A program made the position numbers and the translations under genes. Of a stretch of 54,689 nt of DNA, positions 1 to 8,293 are shown piece by piece. Each line of letters begins with the position of its first letter. The stretch's first letter is position 1. The notes under the pieces are model-generated. The model saw only the letters and a list, made by a program, of their open reading frames with translations, did no database searches and was not told the DNA's origin. This DNA comes from a virus (lineage: Duplodnaviria > Caudoviricetes), in IMG/VR virus record IMGVR_UViG_3300008113_000294, positions 1 to 54,689 of that record. The stretch is one strand, 5' to 3'.

Positions 1-696
1 GCGATCAGCGTGCGCTTTAACGTCACAAACCCGCGCACCGCTTCTTTCCTGAATGATTATAAGTTTAATAAGATCAGGGAAATCAGCTTAGACGTTCAAG
101 AAACCATACGGCAAATTGCCGCCGATGGCATCCTTTCAGGTTCCAACCCCATTGAGACGGCCAGAAATATCCGGTCAAGCATTGGCTTAACGGAATCACA
201 AGAGCGAGCCGTGCGGAACTATAGGCGCTCTTTAGAGCAGCTGGACACCGATGCCCTTGTAAGGCGGTTACGCGATAAGCGATACGACCCCACCGTTGCG
301 CGGGCAATCAAAGAGGGGAAAAAGTTAACGCAAGAACGCATCGATGCTATGGTGCAGCGCTATCGGGAAAAGTACCTAAAATACCGCGCCGAGGTCATAG
401 CAAAAACGGAAAGCATCCGCGCCATTCAGGCCGGGCAGCAGCTCATATGGCAGCAAATGGTTGATGAAGGCGATGTTTCAGAAAAGAAAATCAGGCGCAA
501 GTGGATAACCTCAGGCGATTTAAAGGTGCGCAATTCTCACTTTCAAATTCCCTTAATTAACAAAGACGGCGTTGCTCTTAACGAGCCTTTTAAGTCCCCG
601 CTAGGCGATATAATGTTCCCCGGCGATCCGTCTGCTAGGGCTGCAAATACAATTAACTGTAGATGCACAATTGTCACACGTTTAGAAACCGAATAA
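1..696 (+). CDS. Phage head morphogenesis / minor head protein (Mu gpF / SPP1 gp7-like), 5'-truncated by window edge
   Basis: RAEVIAKTE, KW..SGD.KVR.SH and C-terminal FPGDP...INCRC motifs; the frame is open to the window start. Confidence 0.85.
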   Translation, partial: AISVRFNVTNPRTASFLNDYKFNKIREISLDVQETIRQIAADGILSGSNPIETARNIRSSIGLTESQERAVRNYRRSLEQLDTDALVRRLRDKRYDPTVARAIKEGKKLTQERIDAMVQRYREKYLKYRAEVIAKTESIRAIQAGQQLIWQQMVDEGDVSEKKIRRKWITSGDLKVRNSHFQIPLINKDGVALNEPFKSPLGDIMFPGDPSARAANTINCRCTIVTRLETE

Positions 697-713
697 AAAG
701 TTAAACTTAGTGT

Positions 714-741
714 TTGACAGTGTTAAAAATTGGTGTAGGTT
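714..741 (+). promoter_or_regulatory. Sigma70-like promoter TTGACA-N16-TAGGTT
   Basis: Consensus -35 in the intergenic gap at the head of the small-gene cassette. Confidence 0.55.
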
Positions 742-801
742 GCTCATATCAACAGCGGGCAACCGCACCGCGCCTCAGGTTTTCGGGGCTGGATTAAGAC
801 A

Positions 802-975
802 ATGAAAATAGTACTCAGCTTTACAAGAGTTTTTACTCGCGGCAATCTTTGTGGATTAGAGCATTTAAGCAAGCTAAATTTTGAATCAGAAGAGCGTGCA
901 ATCGATTGGCTTGAGCGTGTTTCAAAAAATTGCTGTGATTATAAGATCAAATCTTGGAATATTTCAAATGCCTAA
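802..975 (+). CDS. Small hypothetical protein (57 aa, MKIVLSFTRVF...)
   Basis: Read directly from sequence; first ORF after the promoter; stop overlaps the next start. Confidence 0.55.
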   Translation: MKIVLSFTRVFTRGNLCGLEHLSKLNFESEERAIDWLERVSKNCCDYKIKSWNISNA

Positions 976-1216
976 CCACCCAAACAGAGGCCGCCGCACA
1001 GCGGCCTCAAACCCCTTGCCCTTTGAAATTGAAGCATCAAGGATGCGTGTTGGTCTTAAAATGGCCGAGGCTGCTGCCCTTGTTTACGCGAGCGGCTTGG
1101 CCTGGGAGTATTGGGAGAGCGGAAAAGCAAGAATGCACCCGGCTTTTTGGGAGCTTTGGCTTTTAAAATCGGCAAACTTAAAGCCGCAACCGTCAATCAT
1201 GGATAGGATTAAATAA
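968..1216 (+). CDS. XRE/KorC-like helix-turn-helix transcriptional regulator
   Basis: MPNHPNR...R...GL...EAAALV....WEYWESG..RMHPAFWEL resembles KorC-type HTH proteins. Confidence 0.7.
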   Translation: MPNHPNRGRRTAASNPLPFEIEASRMRVGLKMAEAAALVYASGLAWEYWESGKARMHPAFWELWLLKSANLKPQPSIMDRIK

Positions 1217-1217
1217 C

Positions 1218-1643
1218 ATGAGCACAATATTCCCTGAATACTTTGAAAAAATCGATCAGCAAAGAAAGATACACGAAGAATGGATTAAAAATTCAGGAGC
1301 TGAATCAGATTTAAGAGAGCAAACGCTCAATAATTGGCTTCAAAGATACGCGATAAGGTCAACGGTTCATCTTTATGCGCTTTGGCTCATAGGATATAAA
1401 GCTAAGGGCGGCAAGCCAACACACTATTATGATCGCTGCATGAATGACGACAATCTTTATGTTTTAACTTTAAGCCCCGTAACTCCATTGCCGCCTGGCT
1501 TTGGCGCTTCCTCTATAGGGCTTTTAGTTCCCGTTCAACATTCCCTGCCTGGCCGCGAGGTCAAAAGAACAGACCACAACAACATTTACTTTTTTGATAC
1601 GTTCGAGCGCCCCGGCTGGGTCCCTGTTTTTTCCAATACATAA
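1218..1643 (+). CDS. Hypothetical protein
   Basis: 141-aa ORF in a tightly packed operon. Confidence 0.65.
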   Translation: MSTIFPEYFEKIDQQRKIHEEWIKNSGAESDLREQTLNNWLQRYAIRSTVHLYALWLIGYKAKGGKPTHYYDRCMNDDNLYVLTLSPVTPLPPGFGASSIGLLVPVQHSLPGREVKRTDHNNIYFFDTFERPGWVPVFSNT

Positions 1644-1655
1644 AGAGCTAATCCA

Positions 1656-1877
1656 ATGAAAAAAGCTGTAACCATAAAATATAATAACCGCGATGCTGAA
1701 ACCGTTAAGGCTATGCGCACCATATGCAAGGACTTTGCCGGGGCTAAGCTACAAGCAACGCCGTTAAAGGAATCTGGCCGCTTTGATGTTTATGTGTACT
1801 TAGATGCGCCAGATATCCCTTTTGGATTAAAGGCGCGTGCTGCTCTTGTTTCCGCTTTAAAGCCATATGCTGATTAA
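1656..1877 (+). CDS. Hypothetical protein
   Basis: 73-aa ORF; GAG RBS. Confidence 0.55.
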   Translation: MKKAVTIKYNNRDAETVKAMRTICKDFAGAKLQATPLKESGRFDVYVYLDAPDIPFGLKARAALVSALKPYAD

Positions 1878-1902
1878 TTAAAAAAAGAAAGATTGTGTAA
1901 AA

Positions 1903-2010
1903 ATGAAAAATCAAAAGCCACCAAATAAGATTTATAGCGCCTTGCTTAATGCAATTGCTTTTGCGTTGGTCTTTTATGGCGCAGCCTATGTGCTGTTTAG
2001 AGCCTTTTAA
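1903..2010 (+). CDS. Small single-TM membrane peptide (35 aa)
   Basis: MKNQKPPNKIYSALLNAIAFALVFYGAAYVLFRAF; below the ORF-track cutoff. Confidence 0.45.
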   Translation: MKNQKPPNKIYSALLNAIAFALVFYGAAYVLFRAF

Positions 2011-2024
2011 AAGAGGGAAAACTT

Positions 2025-2192
2025 ATGAGTAGAGTTGAATTTGAGGTGATATTCTTTTCGCTTTTAACACTTGCCGATGCGTTTGTAGCTGGCTGCATGT
2101 TTAAGGACGGGGAGAATATACACGCGGTTGTTTTGCTTGGAGCAAGCATCATAACAATGTTAACGGCACTTAGTGAGGCAAGAAAGCTATGA
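2025..2192 (+). CDS. Small two-TM membrane protein (55 aa)
   Basis: GAGGG RBS; two hydrophobic segments; ATGA overlap with the next gene. Confidence 0.5.
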   Translation: MSRVEFEVIFFSLLTLADAFVAGCMFKDGENIHAVVLLGASIITMLTALSEARKL

Positions 2193-2560
2193 TGGGAACC
2201 CTTCCCCGCGACCAATGCCGGAATTGCTTTGGTGCTTTGCCCGATTGTTGGTGTAGGACACAAAGAAGAGAAAGAAAAACAATGAATCAAGAACCTGAAG
2301 CTACATTCCTTGCACCTGATTGGCCGCTGATCGAAACCGCGCCAAAAGATGGGACGAAAATATGCGTGTTTGAGTATGCAGAGCCGTCACCTTGGTGCAA
2401 GCATCGCTACCCTAACGGCATCCCGACTTGCGATGTTGTTTGGTGGGATCCTAGCTGCAGCCCCCCATCTTGGACGGACGGCAGCCAAAGTGAGCCTTAT
2501 AGAAACCCTACTCACTGGATGCCTCTGCCAGCAGCAACAAACGCAGCGGATGGAGAGTGA
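2189..2560 (+). CDS. DUF551-like phage protein
   Basis: W..IETAPKDGT and PTHWMPLP signature; start may be ATG 2282. Confidence 0.7.
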   Translation: MMGTLPRDQCRNCFGALPDCWCRTQRRERKTMNQEPEATFLAPDWPLIETAPKDGTKICVFEYAEPSPWCKHRYPNGIPTCDVVWWDPSCSPPSWTDGSQSEPYRNPTHWMPLPAATNAADGE

Positions 2561-2563
2561 GTT

Positions 2564-2905
2564 ATGATCAAAAACCTTAAACCGTTTTGTCTTGTTAAAA
2601 AAGACGCGCTAGCCGTAATCCTGCGCAATTTAAAGATACCGTTATCGAGCGGCGACACGCAAGGCATGGAGTTTGTACTATATGAAAGCTGTGTAAGTGA
2701 ACTTAAAAAAGCTCTCTCCCAAGACCTCAGCAGCATGCGCCTAATAAGCCGATATGAATACGCCATTGGCGAGCAGGAATGCTTAGAAAAAAGCGCCAAG
2801 GAGATCAATATCTACAAGGCAACAATTGAGATTTACAAAGACATATGCCGATCGGTGGGCATAGCAATTCCACCAGACGCCGCTTTTGAAACTGAGGAGA
2901 AATAG
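2564..2905 (+). CDS. Hypothetical protein
   Basis: 113-aa ORF in operon. Confidence 0.6.
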   Translation: MIKNLKPFCLVKKDALAVILRNLKIPLSSGDTQGMEFVLYESCVSELKKALSQDLSSMRLISRYEYAIGEQECLEKSAKEINIYKATIEIYKDICRSVGIAIPPDAAFETEEK

Positions 2906-2906
2906 C

Positions 2907-3146
2907 ATGTCGCCTGATCATTTGAATAATTGCATTCTTAACTTGGAATACGCTTTTAAGGGGCTTTCAGAGCCAGTGCAATATGGTGCTGAATTGTGCG
3001 ATCCCCGTGAATTGCAATGCCGTGTAAAAATACTGCGTGAAGATGCGCAGAGCGCCAAGCTTTATATTAACGCCGCTCTTGAACTGCTAAAGAAGCACGA
3101 AAAGAAAATATGCGCTGAGATTTTAGCGAAAAAAAAGGGTGAGTGA
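2907..3146 (+). CDS. Hypothetical protein
   Basis: GAGGAG RBS before ATG 2907. Confidence 0.55.
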   Translation: MSPDHLNNCILNLEYAFKGLSEPVQYGAELCDPRELQCRVKILREDAQSAKLYINAALELLKKHEKKICAEILAKKKGE

Positions 3147-3354
3147 GATGGCCGGATTAGGCAAAAAACAAAAAGAATGGTTAGAACGTTTCAGTAAATA
3201 TAAAACTGAGTGGGTTAACTTTAGGCCGCGCCGGGGCATGAAGCCTTGGCGTGTAATGGAAGGATTAATTTCACGCGGACTCATTGAGATTCGCCAGCAT
3301 CCAGACCCGCTATATAAAGACATTCTGCAATTAAAAGTGTTGAAAGGCGCATAA
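3139..3354 (+). CDS. Hypothetical protein
   Basis: 71-aa basic ORF overlapping the previous stop. Confidence 0.5.
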   Translation: MSEMAGLGKKQKEWLERFSKYKTEWVNFRPRRGMKPWRVMEGLISRGLIEIRQHPDPLYKDILQLKVLKGA

Positions 3355-3357
3355 ATC

Positions 3358-3564
3358 GTGAGCCAAGCAGTAAATTACAAATTTAAGCCGCTAGATGCAG
3401 TGCAGATAGTCGCTTACGGGTTAGATTACAGGGGGCGCGTGCAAGAATGCATTACGTCTGCTAGCGGCACATCCTATTGCGTTGAGTACGCGGCGGACGG
3501 AAAAATAGAACAGCGCAGATTTTATGAAGATGAATTGGAGACCCCGCAATATGTACCCTATTAA
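3358..3564 (+). CDS. Small hypothetical protein (possibly SH3-like beta barrel)
   Basis: KF...D.V.I...G..GRV...Y.VEY......RRFYEDEL pattern. Confidence 0.55.
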   Translation: MSQAVNYKFKPLDAVQIVAYGLDYRGRVQECITSASGTSYCVEYAADGKIEQRRFYEDELETPQYVPY

Positions 3565-3985
3565 CACTATCCTAACCTTCACGAGCCTGACCCACGCCTC
3601 TGCTGCTGCGGATTTGTTTGGCAAGAAATCCATTCAAACGTGGGCGCAAGTATCGGGTGATAACGAGCACAGATGGCGCAATGGATTTTTCACAGAAGAT
3701 GTTTTTTGTATGCCAATTGAAAAATGGCGCATCATCCTCGACACGCCGGAGAAGGTAAGGTGGTTCGAGCCGCAGGCGCTGGATAAAATAGAGGCATTTG
3801 TGTGGAGCAATGACGCATTGATATGCGTATCAGGGATTTTTATACGGGGTGCGCCAGAACAAGATCATTTTGATTTAGTTAGCGGCGGTAAATTTTTTAC
3901 TAGCAAAAGGCTGCATCGAATAACCGAGCGCGATGATAAACCTTTTCCGAAGCCGCAGGATTTTAAATATGGGGGCGAGGCATGA
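3551..3985 (+). CDS. Hypothetical protein
   Basis: GGAG RBS before ATG 3551; ends RITERD.KPFP, a phage-like tail. Confidence 0.55.
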   Translation: MYPINTILTFTSLTHASAAADLFGKKSIQTWAQVSGDNEHRWRNGFFTEDVFCMPIEKWRIILDTPEKVRWFEPQALDKIEAFVWSNDALICVSGIFIRGAPEQDHFDLVSGGKFFTSKRLHRITERDDKPFPKPQDFKYGGEA

Positions 3986-4143
3986 GACGAGACTTCCCCG
4001 AACATGAAGGCGATTATATATGCGTTATCATTGGCCTGATATGCTTAATGATTACTATTTCTGTTGTTGTTACGCAATTACGACTTGCGATAACTGGCGA
4101 GGAGTGTAAACAGGAGGTTAAACAGCCGGTGGAGGGCTTGTGA
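3982..4143 (+). CDS. Small single-TM protein (53 aa)
   Basis: ATGA and GTGA overlaps with both neighbours; hydrophobic ICVIIGLICLMITISVVV. Confidence 0.5.
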   Translation: MRRDFPEHEGDYICVIIGLICLMITISVVVTQLRLAITGEECKQEVKQPVEGL

Positions 4144-4451
4144 TTGAATCTTTAAAGCCGGGCGATGTCTATCAAGAGATGCTGGCGCATTTTCTTATTG
4201 TCCTAGATGTAAATGAAAAATGCGTTTTATGTTACGAAAGTCACAGAACAAAACCCTTGATTGTTTCGCATAAAGGCTTTGAGAGGCATATAAAATATAA
4301 ACGTTTTAGCCACAACTTTCATACGCAAGAACATACCGATAAAATCAGAAGCGCGGTATATAATAGCTTACTGCCTTTCGCGGGAAATCAGCATAAAATC
4401 TTTAAAAGAAAAAGCGCACAGTTAGAGGCGCGGATCACTAAAAACAAATAA
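4140..4451 (+). CDS. Hypothetical protein
   Basis: GGAGG RBS, GTG start. Confidence 0.55.
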   Translation: MIESLKPGDVYQEMLAHFLIVLDVNEKCVLCYESHRTKPLIVSHKGFERHIKYKRFSHNFHTQEHTDKIRSAVYNSLLPFAGNQHKIFKRKSAQLEARITKNK

Positions 4452-4465
4452 AAAATGGAGTTATT

Positions 4466-4891
4466 ATGGATGACAGAAAAAGACTTTCAATTTTTGAAAG
4501 CCTGATAAAATACTACGATACCTCTGCTCTGGGATCCGCGCTTAAGATGCCGATTGTTACCACAAAGCGCGATGCAATTCTCTCTGTTGCTAAACGCTGG
4601 CAAAATCAATATGCGAATAGCTATAAAGAAATGCCAGATAAAAAAGAAACTTACGAAAAATTAAAAGCTCTCAACCTTAAATCGTGCAGTGAAAAAGACG
4701 TTGCCGAAATAATCGGTAATGATAGCTGGTGCAAGTTAACTTGTGATCAGTGCAAAAGATGCGTTGAATCCGTTGTAGAAGTTGGTGCGCCGCGAGAATA
4801 TGAATCTAGCACCGCAGAGCTTTGTATTGATTGCCTCGATATCGCTAGGGAAAAACTCAAAGCGGCAACAGGTGGGGGCTTTGGCTTATGA
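4466..4891 (+). CDS. Hypothetical protein with CxxC...CxxC zinc-finger-like C-terminus
   Basis: CDQC and CIDC motifs; GGAG RBS. Confidence 0.6.
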   Translation: MDDRKRLSIFESLIKYYDTSALGSALKMPIVTTKRDAILSVAKRWQNQYANSYKEMPDKKETYEKLKALNLKSCSEKDVAEIIGNDSWCKLTCDQCKRCVESVVEVGAPREYESSTAELCIDCLDIAREKLKAATGGGFGL

Positions 4892-5307
4892 GTGATACAG
4901 AGTTTGAATCCATCAATGATGCGTATGCGCGTATAGATGAAAATAAGGCTAACAATGAGAAAGACTATATCACCATTAAGCTGTGCCGCGATGATCTATC
5001 AGGGGTGCATTACGTTTACCTAAAATTCAGCACCGCCGCCAAGCATGAGCTTGATATACATTTAAAAAGCGATGATGAAACCTATGGCATTCATACAATT
5101 GAAGGGACTTTCTTATTTCGCAACAAAGAAGATTTTGACAGCTATGCGGCTGCGCACCCAGAAGCAAAGGGCTTTCACCCCAGCATCAAAGTATTGGCAT
5201 CGCCCCTCACCGAACGGCGGCCCTTGCCCGGCGCAATCTCACCGATGGGGATTTACGAAAACTACTATATGCCAGATGGCTATAAACGCTTAAAAGATAC
5301 CTTATGA
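4888..5307 (+). CDS. Hypothetical protein
   Basis: 139-aa ORF; ATGA overlap. Confidence 0.6.
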   Translation: MSDTEFESINDAYARIDENKANNEKDYITIKLCRDDLSGVHYVYLKFSTAAKHELDIHLKSDDETYGIHTIEGTFLFRNKEDFDSYAAAHPEAKGFHPSIKVLASPLTERRPLPGAISPMGIYENYYMPDGYKRLKDTL

Positions 5308-5612
5308 CTATCGGTCAAACCCTCACAGGCCGCCTAGAAAAGGTTTCTGATTCTACATGGGTATTCACTGAGTCACAAGTGGTGAGCTGTCACCCCATTG
5401 CGCCGAGAAAGCGTGCCGCAAGGGGTATAACGGCTAAAATTATTGATTTAATTGACCATGCCCCTGGCGCGTACAATTCCCGCTTATTACTACAAGTCCT
5501 TCAAGGTCAAGGATACGATGTTGATCTTGCATCTGCTTCCTCTATAGTAAGCAGGCTGGTTAGGGAGGGTGTTTTATACCGGGTTAACAGCAGAATTTAT
5601 AGCAACAAATAA
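5304..5612 (+). CDS. Hypothetical protein, probable C-terminal winged helix
   Basis: SASSIVSRLVREGVLYRV resembles a wHTH recognition helix and wing. Confidence 0.5.
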   Translation: MTIGQTLTGRLEKVSDSTWVFTESQVVSCHPIAPRKRAARGITAKIIDLIDHAPGAYNSRLLLQVLQGQGYDVDLASASSIVSRLVREGVLYRVNSRIYSNK

Positions 5613-5627
5613 AAAGGATGGAGCCTT

Positions 5628-5954
5628 ATGAAAGACGATCAACAATTTGACGGTTATGCGCATGTTTCTGAATCAGAGCAGGCAACCTACGAAAGTCACT
5701 GGAAGCGAAGCAAGCCTATTACGGCTGGCTTACTGTTTGGTGGGGATTCGTTAATAGGATTGCCGCTTGCTTGGTGGGGTGATTTAAAACCGAATCATGC
5801 TTGGCTCAACCGCCCATCTCTTTGGACGCCAACAACCCCGCCTAAAAAGGGGCAAGTTATCCCTCACAGGTCTTGGACAGAGCCTAACTGGTTTCAGCGC
5901 CGCATTTTAGGCCGCAAGCCTGAGTTAGTTGAAACTTTTTGGGAGGTTCAATAA
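5628..5954 (+). CDS. Hypothetical protein
   Basis: GGAG RBS; 108 aa. Confidence 0.55.
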   Translation: MKDDQQFDGYAHVSESEQATYESHWKRSKPITAGLLFGGDSLIGLPLAWWGDLKPNHAWLNRPSLWTPTTPPKKGQVIPHRSWTEPNWFQRRILGRKPELVETFWEVQ

Positions 5955-6157
5955 TGCAAACCGCCGCTTACTTGTGTAAACTTTATTTAGATCACATTAG
6001 AAAATGGCCGTACATGCGAAGGATTGCCCCAGGCACAAAGGCCACCATTTTTGGGCATGGTGAGTTTGAAATTGTCAAACAGCATGCTAATGGCGATTGC
6101 TTAATGAAAGACGCTAAGGGGCAGCAATTCTACAGCCGCCATATGGCTTACGTATGA
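5954..6157 (+). CDS. Hypothetical protein
   Basis: GGAGG RBS; TAATG overlap. Confidence 0.5.
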   Translation: MQTAAYLCKLYLDHIRKWPYMRRIAPGTKATIFGHGEFEIVKQHANGDCLMKDAKGQQFYSRHMAYV

Positions 6158-6507
6158 ATCAGCAAACAGTTATTTTTGACGGGCTTCACCCCAGTGCTGC
6201 TGGTGTTCAAGCTATAGCGAATCGCTTTGAGGCTCACATAAGAGCCATAATTGATAGCCTCCCCCAATTCCCCTTTGCCCTAGAAAAAATCCCAGAGGCG
6301 CGGCGCATGTTCTGGCTCTACGGCGCGGATAAAAAACTAACGTACATTGAGCGCGGGTTAACTGATCAAGAGGCAAAAGATAAAAATCCCCTACCAGATG
6401 AATCCCCCCTTGAAAAATGGCTAGATGAAATCCTGCACAAGCGCCCTGCCCTAGCGGAACCGCGTTGCATGATGATACTTTCTAGATTGTATGAGGAACC
6501 GCTATAA
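6154..6507 (+). CDS. Hypothetical protein
   Basis: 117-aa ORF; ATGA overlap. Confidence 0.55.
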   Translation: MNQQTVIFDGLHPSAAGVQAIANRFEAHIRAIIDSLPQFPFALEKIPEARRMFWLYGADKKLTYIERGLTDQEAKDKNPLPDESPLEKWLDEILHKRPALAEPRCMMILSRLYEEPL

Positions 6508-6518
6508 AAGCGGCAAAG

Positions 6519-6564
6519 AGTCCTAAAAAGAGTCCTATAGGACGCTAGGACTGTTTGCAGGACT
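6519..6564. repeat. Array of AGTCCTA motifs (two forward, three inverted) around the palindrome GTCCTATAGGAC
   Basis: AGTCCTA at 6519 and 6531; TAGGACG 6538, TAGGACT 6546, CAGGACT 6558. Confidence 0.75.
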
Positions 6565-6683
6565 GTTGCAATATTGTTTCTATCGCGGCTGATTCGCGGT
6601 TTTCATGCGAGCCTTAAGACAGTGTTAAACAATATGTTTGATTGTGTCAACATCGTTTAACCAAAAACCTTAGGGAGAATACC

Positions 6684-7547
6684 ATGACTAGAACAAAGCA
6701 CGCGCTTATGGGGATTATCGTTTACGCCTCAGCATTAATAAGCGCCACACTCAGCGCCAGATACGGTTATATTTCGGCGGGGGAATCAGCGGATATTTTT
6801 GAAAAGTATATCATGGGGGCAACGTTCGCCATCTTTGATATAGTGGTGATCCTGCTGGCCAGCGAGTTGACCAGCCGCTTTCTAACTAAGGCCGCCGCTA
6901 AAATCCTGTTGATTGTGCTGTTTTGCCTAAGCTGCTTTAGTGGGGCTGCCTACATGTTAGGGCAGCAATCGCAAGACCAAAGCACGCAAACCACGATGCT
7001 GAAACGTCAAATCAACATGCTTGATGAAAGCCTAGCCAAGCTCGACCCGTTAGCGCAGCCTAACACTATCCGGGCGCTGCGCCGCGAACGCGGTGTTGCT
7101 TATGAGCGGCTGCAATCGATTTACAAAAAGCAGGGCGGGGAGGTCACAAAGGGTAACGCTATGTTTATCTATGGCGGCAATCTTTTAGGCATCACCCCTG
7201 AAAGCCTGGCAACAATTATGCGCCTTGTTACGATGTTTTCGCTCAACCTTTGCGGCATCATTCTGGCCGCGCTGCGGGCGCAAAGTGAAGTGACTTATCT
7301 TTCTTACAACCGGAATCAGGCCAGCGTTGCCAATGCTGCTAACGATAGCTTTGATGACAATGGGAATAAGATTGAGGCCATCAAAGCCGCGATTCTTTCC
7401 TCACAGGTAAAGCCTAGCGTCACCGCCGTTGCTAAAGCCTTTTGCGGCAACAACCGTGCTGAGGCGGATTACTACCTACAAATCTTAGAGGAAAGCAACA
7501 TTATCAAGAACAACGGCCACGGTAAAAAGCGGTCAATAACTGCATAA
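6684..7547 (+). CDS. Multi-pass membrane protein with coiled coil and C-terminal winged-helix (FtsK-gamma-like) domain
   Basis: About 4 hydrophobic helices; C-terminal PSVTAVAKAF...AEADYYLQILEESNII; GGGAG RBS. Confidence 0.6.
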   Translation: MTRTKHALMGIIVYASALISATLSARYGYISAGESADIFEKYIMGATFAIFDIVVILLASELTSRFLTKAAAKILLIVLFCLSCFSGAAYMLGQQSQDQSTQTTMLKRQINMLDESLAKLDPLAQPNTIRALRRERGVAYERLQSIYKKQGGEVTKGNAMFIYGGNLLGITPESLATIMRLVTMFSLNLCGIILAALRAQSEVTYLSYNRNQASVANAANDSFDDNGNKIEAIKAAILSSQVKPSVTAVAKAFCGNNRAEADYYLQILEESNIIKNNGHGKKRSITA

Positions 7548-7571
7548 GGAGCTGAATATCTTTTGTTAATG

Positions 7572-7606
7572 TGGCGGGGCATAAAAACCCCGCCATTTTC
7601 TTTTTT
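7572..7606 (+). terminator. Rho-independent terminator
   Basis: TGGCGGGG-cataaaaa-CCCCGCCA followed by a T-tract. Confidence 0.85.
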
Positions 7607-7610
7607 GCTC

Positions 7611-7638
7611 TTGACAGCTTAAACCCCGTGTTTATATT
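7611..7638 (+). promoter_or_regulatory. Sigma70-like promoter TTGACA-N16-TATATT
   Basis: Near-consensus boxes immediately after the terminator. Confidence 0.65.
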
Positions 7639-7660
7639 GGCTTTCAACAAGGGGGTTTTT

Positions 7661-7849
7661 ATGAATCATTCCAAGGCAATAAAACGGATAGCTTTAGAGC
7701 ATCTTGATATCGAAACGTTTGACTCAGCCGGGGTTGACTGCTTGGACTTTTATGAGCTTGCAATCTGGAACATTGAGGCGGCTTTGAAGGCCGCTTATGA
7801 AGCCGGGTATAATGCCGCGCAAAAAACAAACCTTAAGATTGCCGCTTAA
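7661..7849 (+). CDS. DUF6900-like small protein
   Basis: IA.EHL.IET.....D.LDF.E.A.W.I.AAL.AAYEAG signature. Confidence 0.7.
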   Translation: MNHSKAIKRIALEHLDIETFDSAGVDCLDFYELAIWNIEAALKAAYEAGYNAAQKTNLKIAA

Positions 7850-7852
7850 TTC

Positions 7853-8038
7853 ATGACTCAAAACTTTTCAGATAAAGAGCTTTTACAGTGGGCAAAAGAA
7901 GCCATGCTGGCTAAGAATTATGATCTTGCGATTGATTACACTAACAAGATGCAAAACAAAGGTATTGCGTTAAAAGCACACCTCCTCATTATTGAGCATG
8001 AGATGGCAGAATTTGAGTTGAATCTTTTAGGGGCATAA
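7853..8038 (+). CDS. Hypothetical protein
   Basis: 61-aa helical ORF. Confidence 0.5.
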   Translation: MTQNFSDKELLQWAKEAMLAKNYDLAIDYTNKMQNKGIALKAHLLIIEHEMAEFELNLLGA

Positions 8039-8041
8039 ATT

Positions 8042-8194
8042 AAACGTAAAGAGTCTTAAGGGTCTTTAAATTCCGTGAACGTTGCGGATTTGAGCTTAAG
8101 CAGATGGGGCCTTAAGACTGCGTTTTCTGTTGGTTTTCGCGTCATATTAATCCCCGATGTTTAGGAAAGCGTGACAGTCTGGAGAGACAGGCAC
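8042..8194 (+). ncRNA. Putative structured RNA elements upstream of the tRNA
   Basis: AGTCTTAAGG(8052-61)/CCTTAAGACT(8110-19) stem enclosing a TCCGT/GCGGA hairpin; separate GT-GACA-GTCTG-GAGAGA-CAGGC-AC hairpin at 8171-8194. Confidence 0.45.
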
Positions 8195-8207
8195 TTGTTG
8201 TTACTAT

Positions 8208-8277
8208 CGCGGGGCGCACTGGGCGGCGCATCCGGTTCATACCCGGATTGATTACGGTTCGATTCCGTACCCCGCAA
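8208..8277 (+). tRNA. tRNA-Met(CAT), initiator-like with an atypical D-arm
   Basis: Acceptor CGCGGGG/CCCCGCA with C1xA72 mismatch; anticodon arm TCCGG-TTCATAC-CCGGA; T-arm TACGG-TTCGATT-CCGTA; CCA not encoded (ACCG). Confidence 0.75.
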
Positions 8278-8293
8278 CCGTAAAAAATATAAA

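Noticed and set aside
881-967. TTG-started N-terminal extension of the KorC-like ORF and the overlapping 954-1166 ORF
   Set aside because: The region is better explained by the 802-975 ORF and an ATG start at 968.
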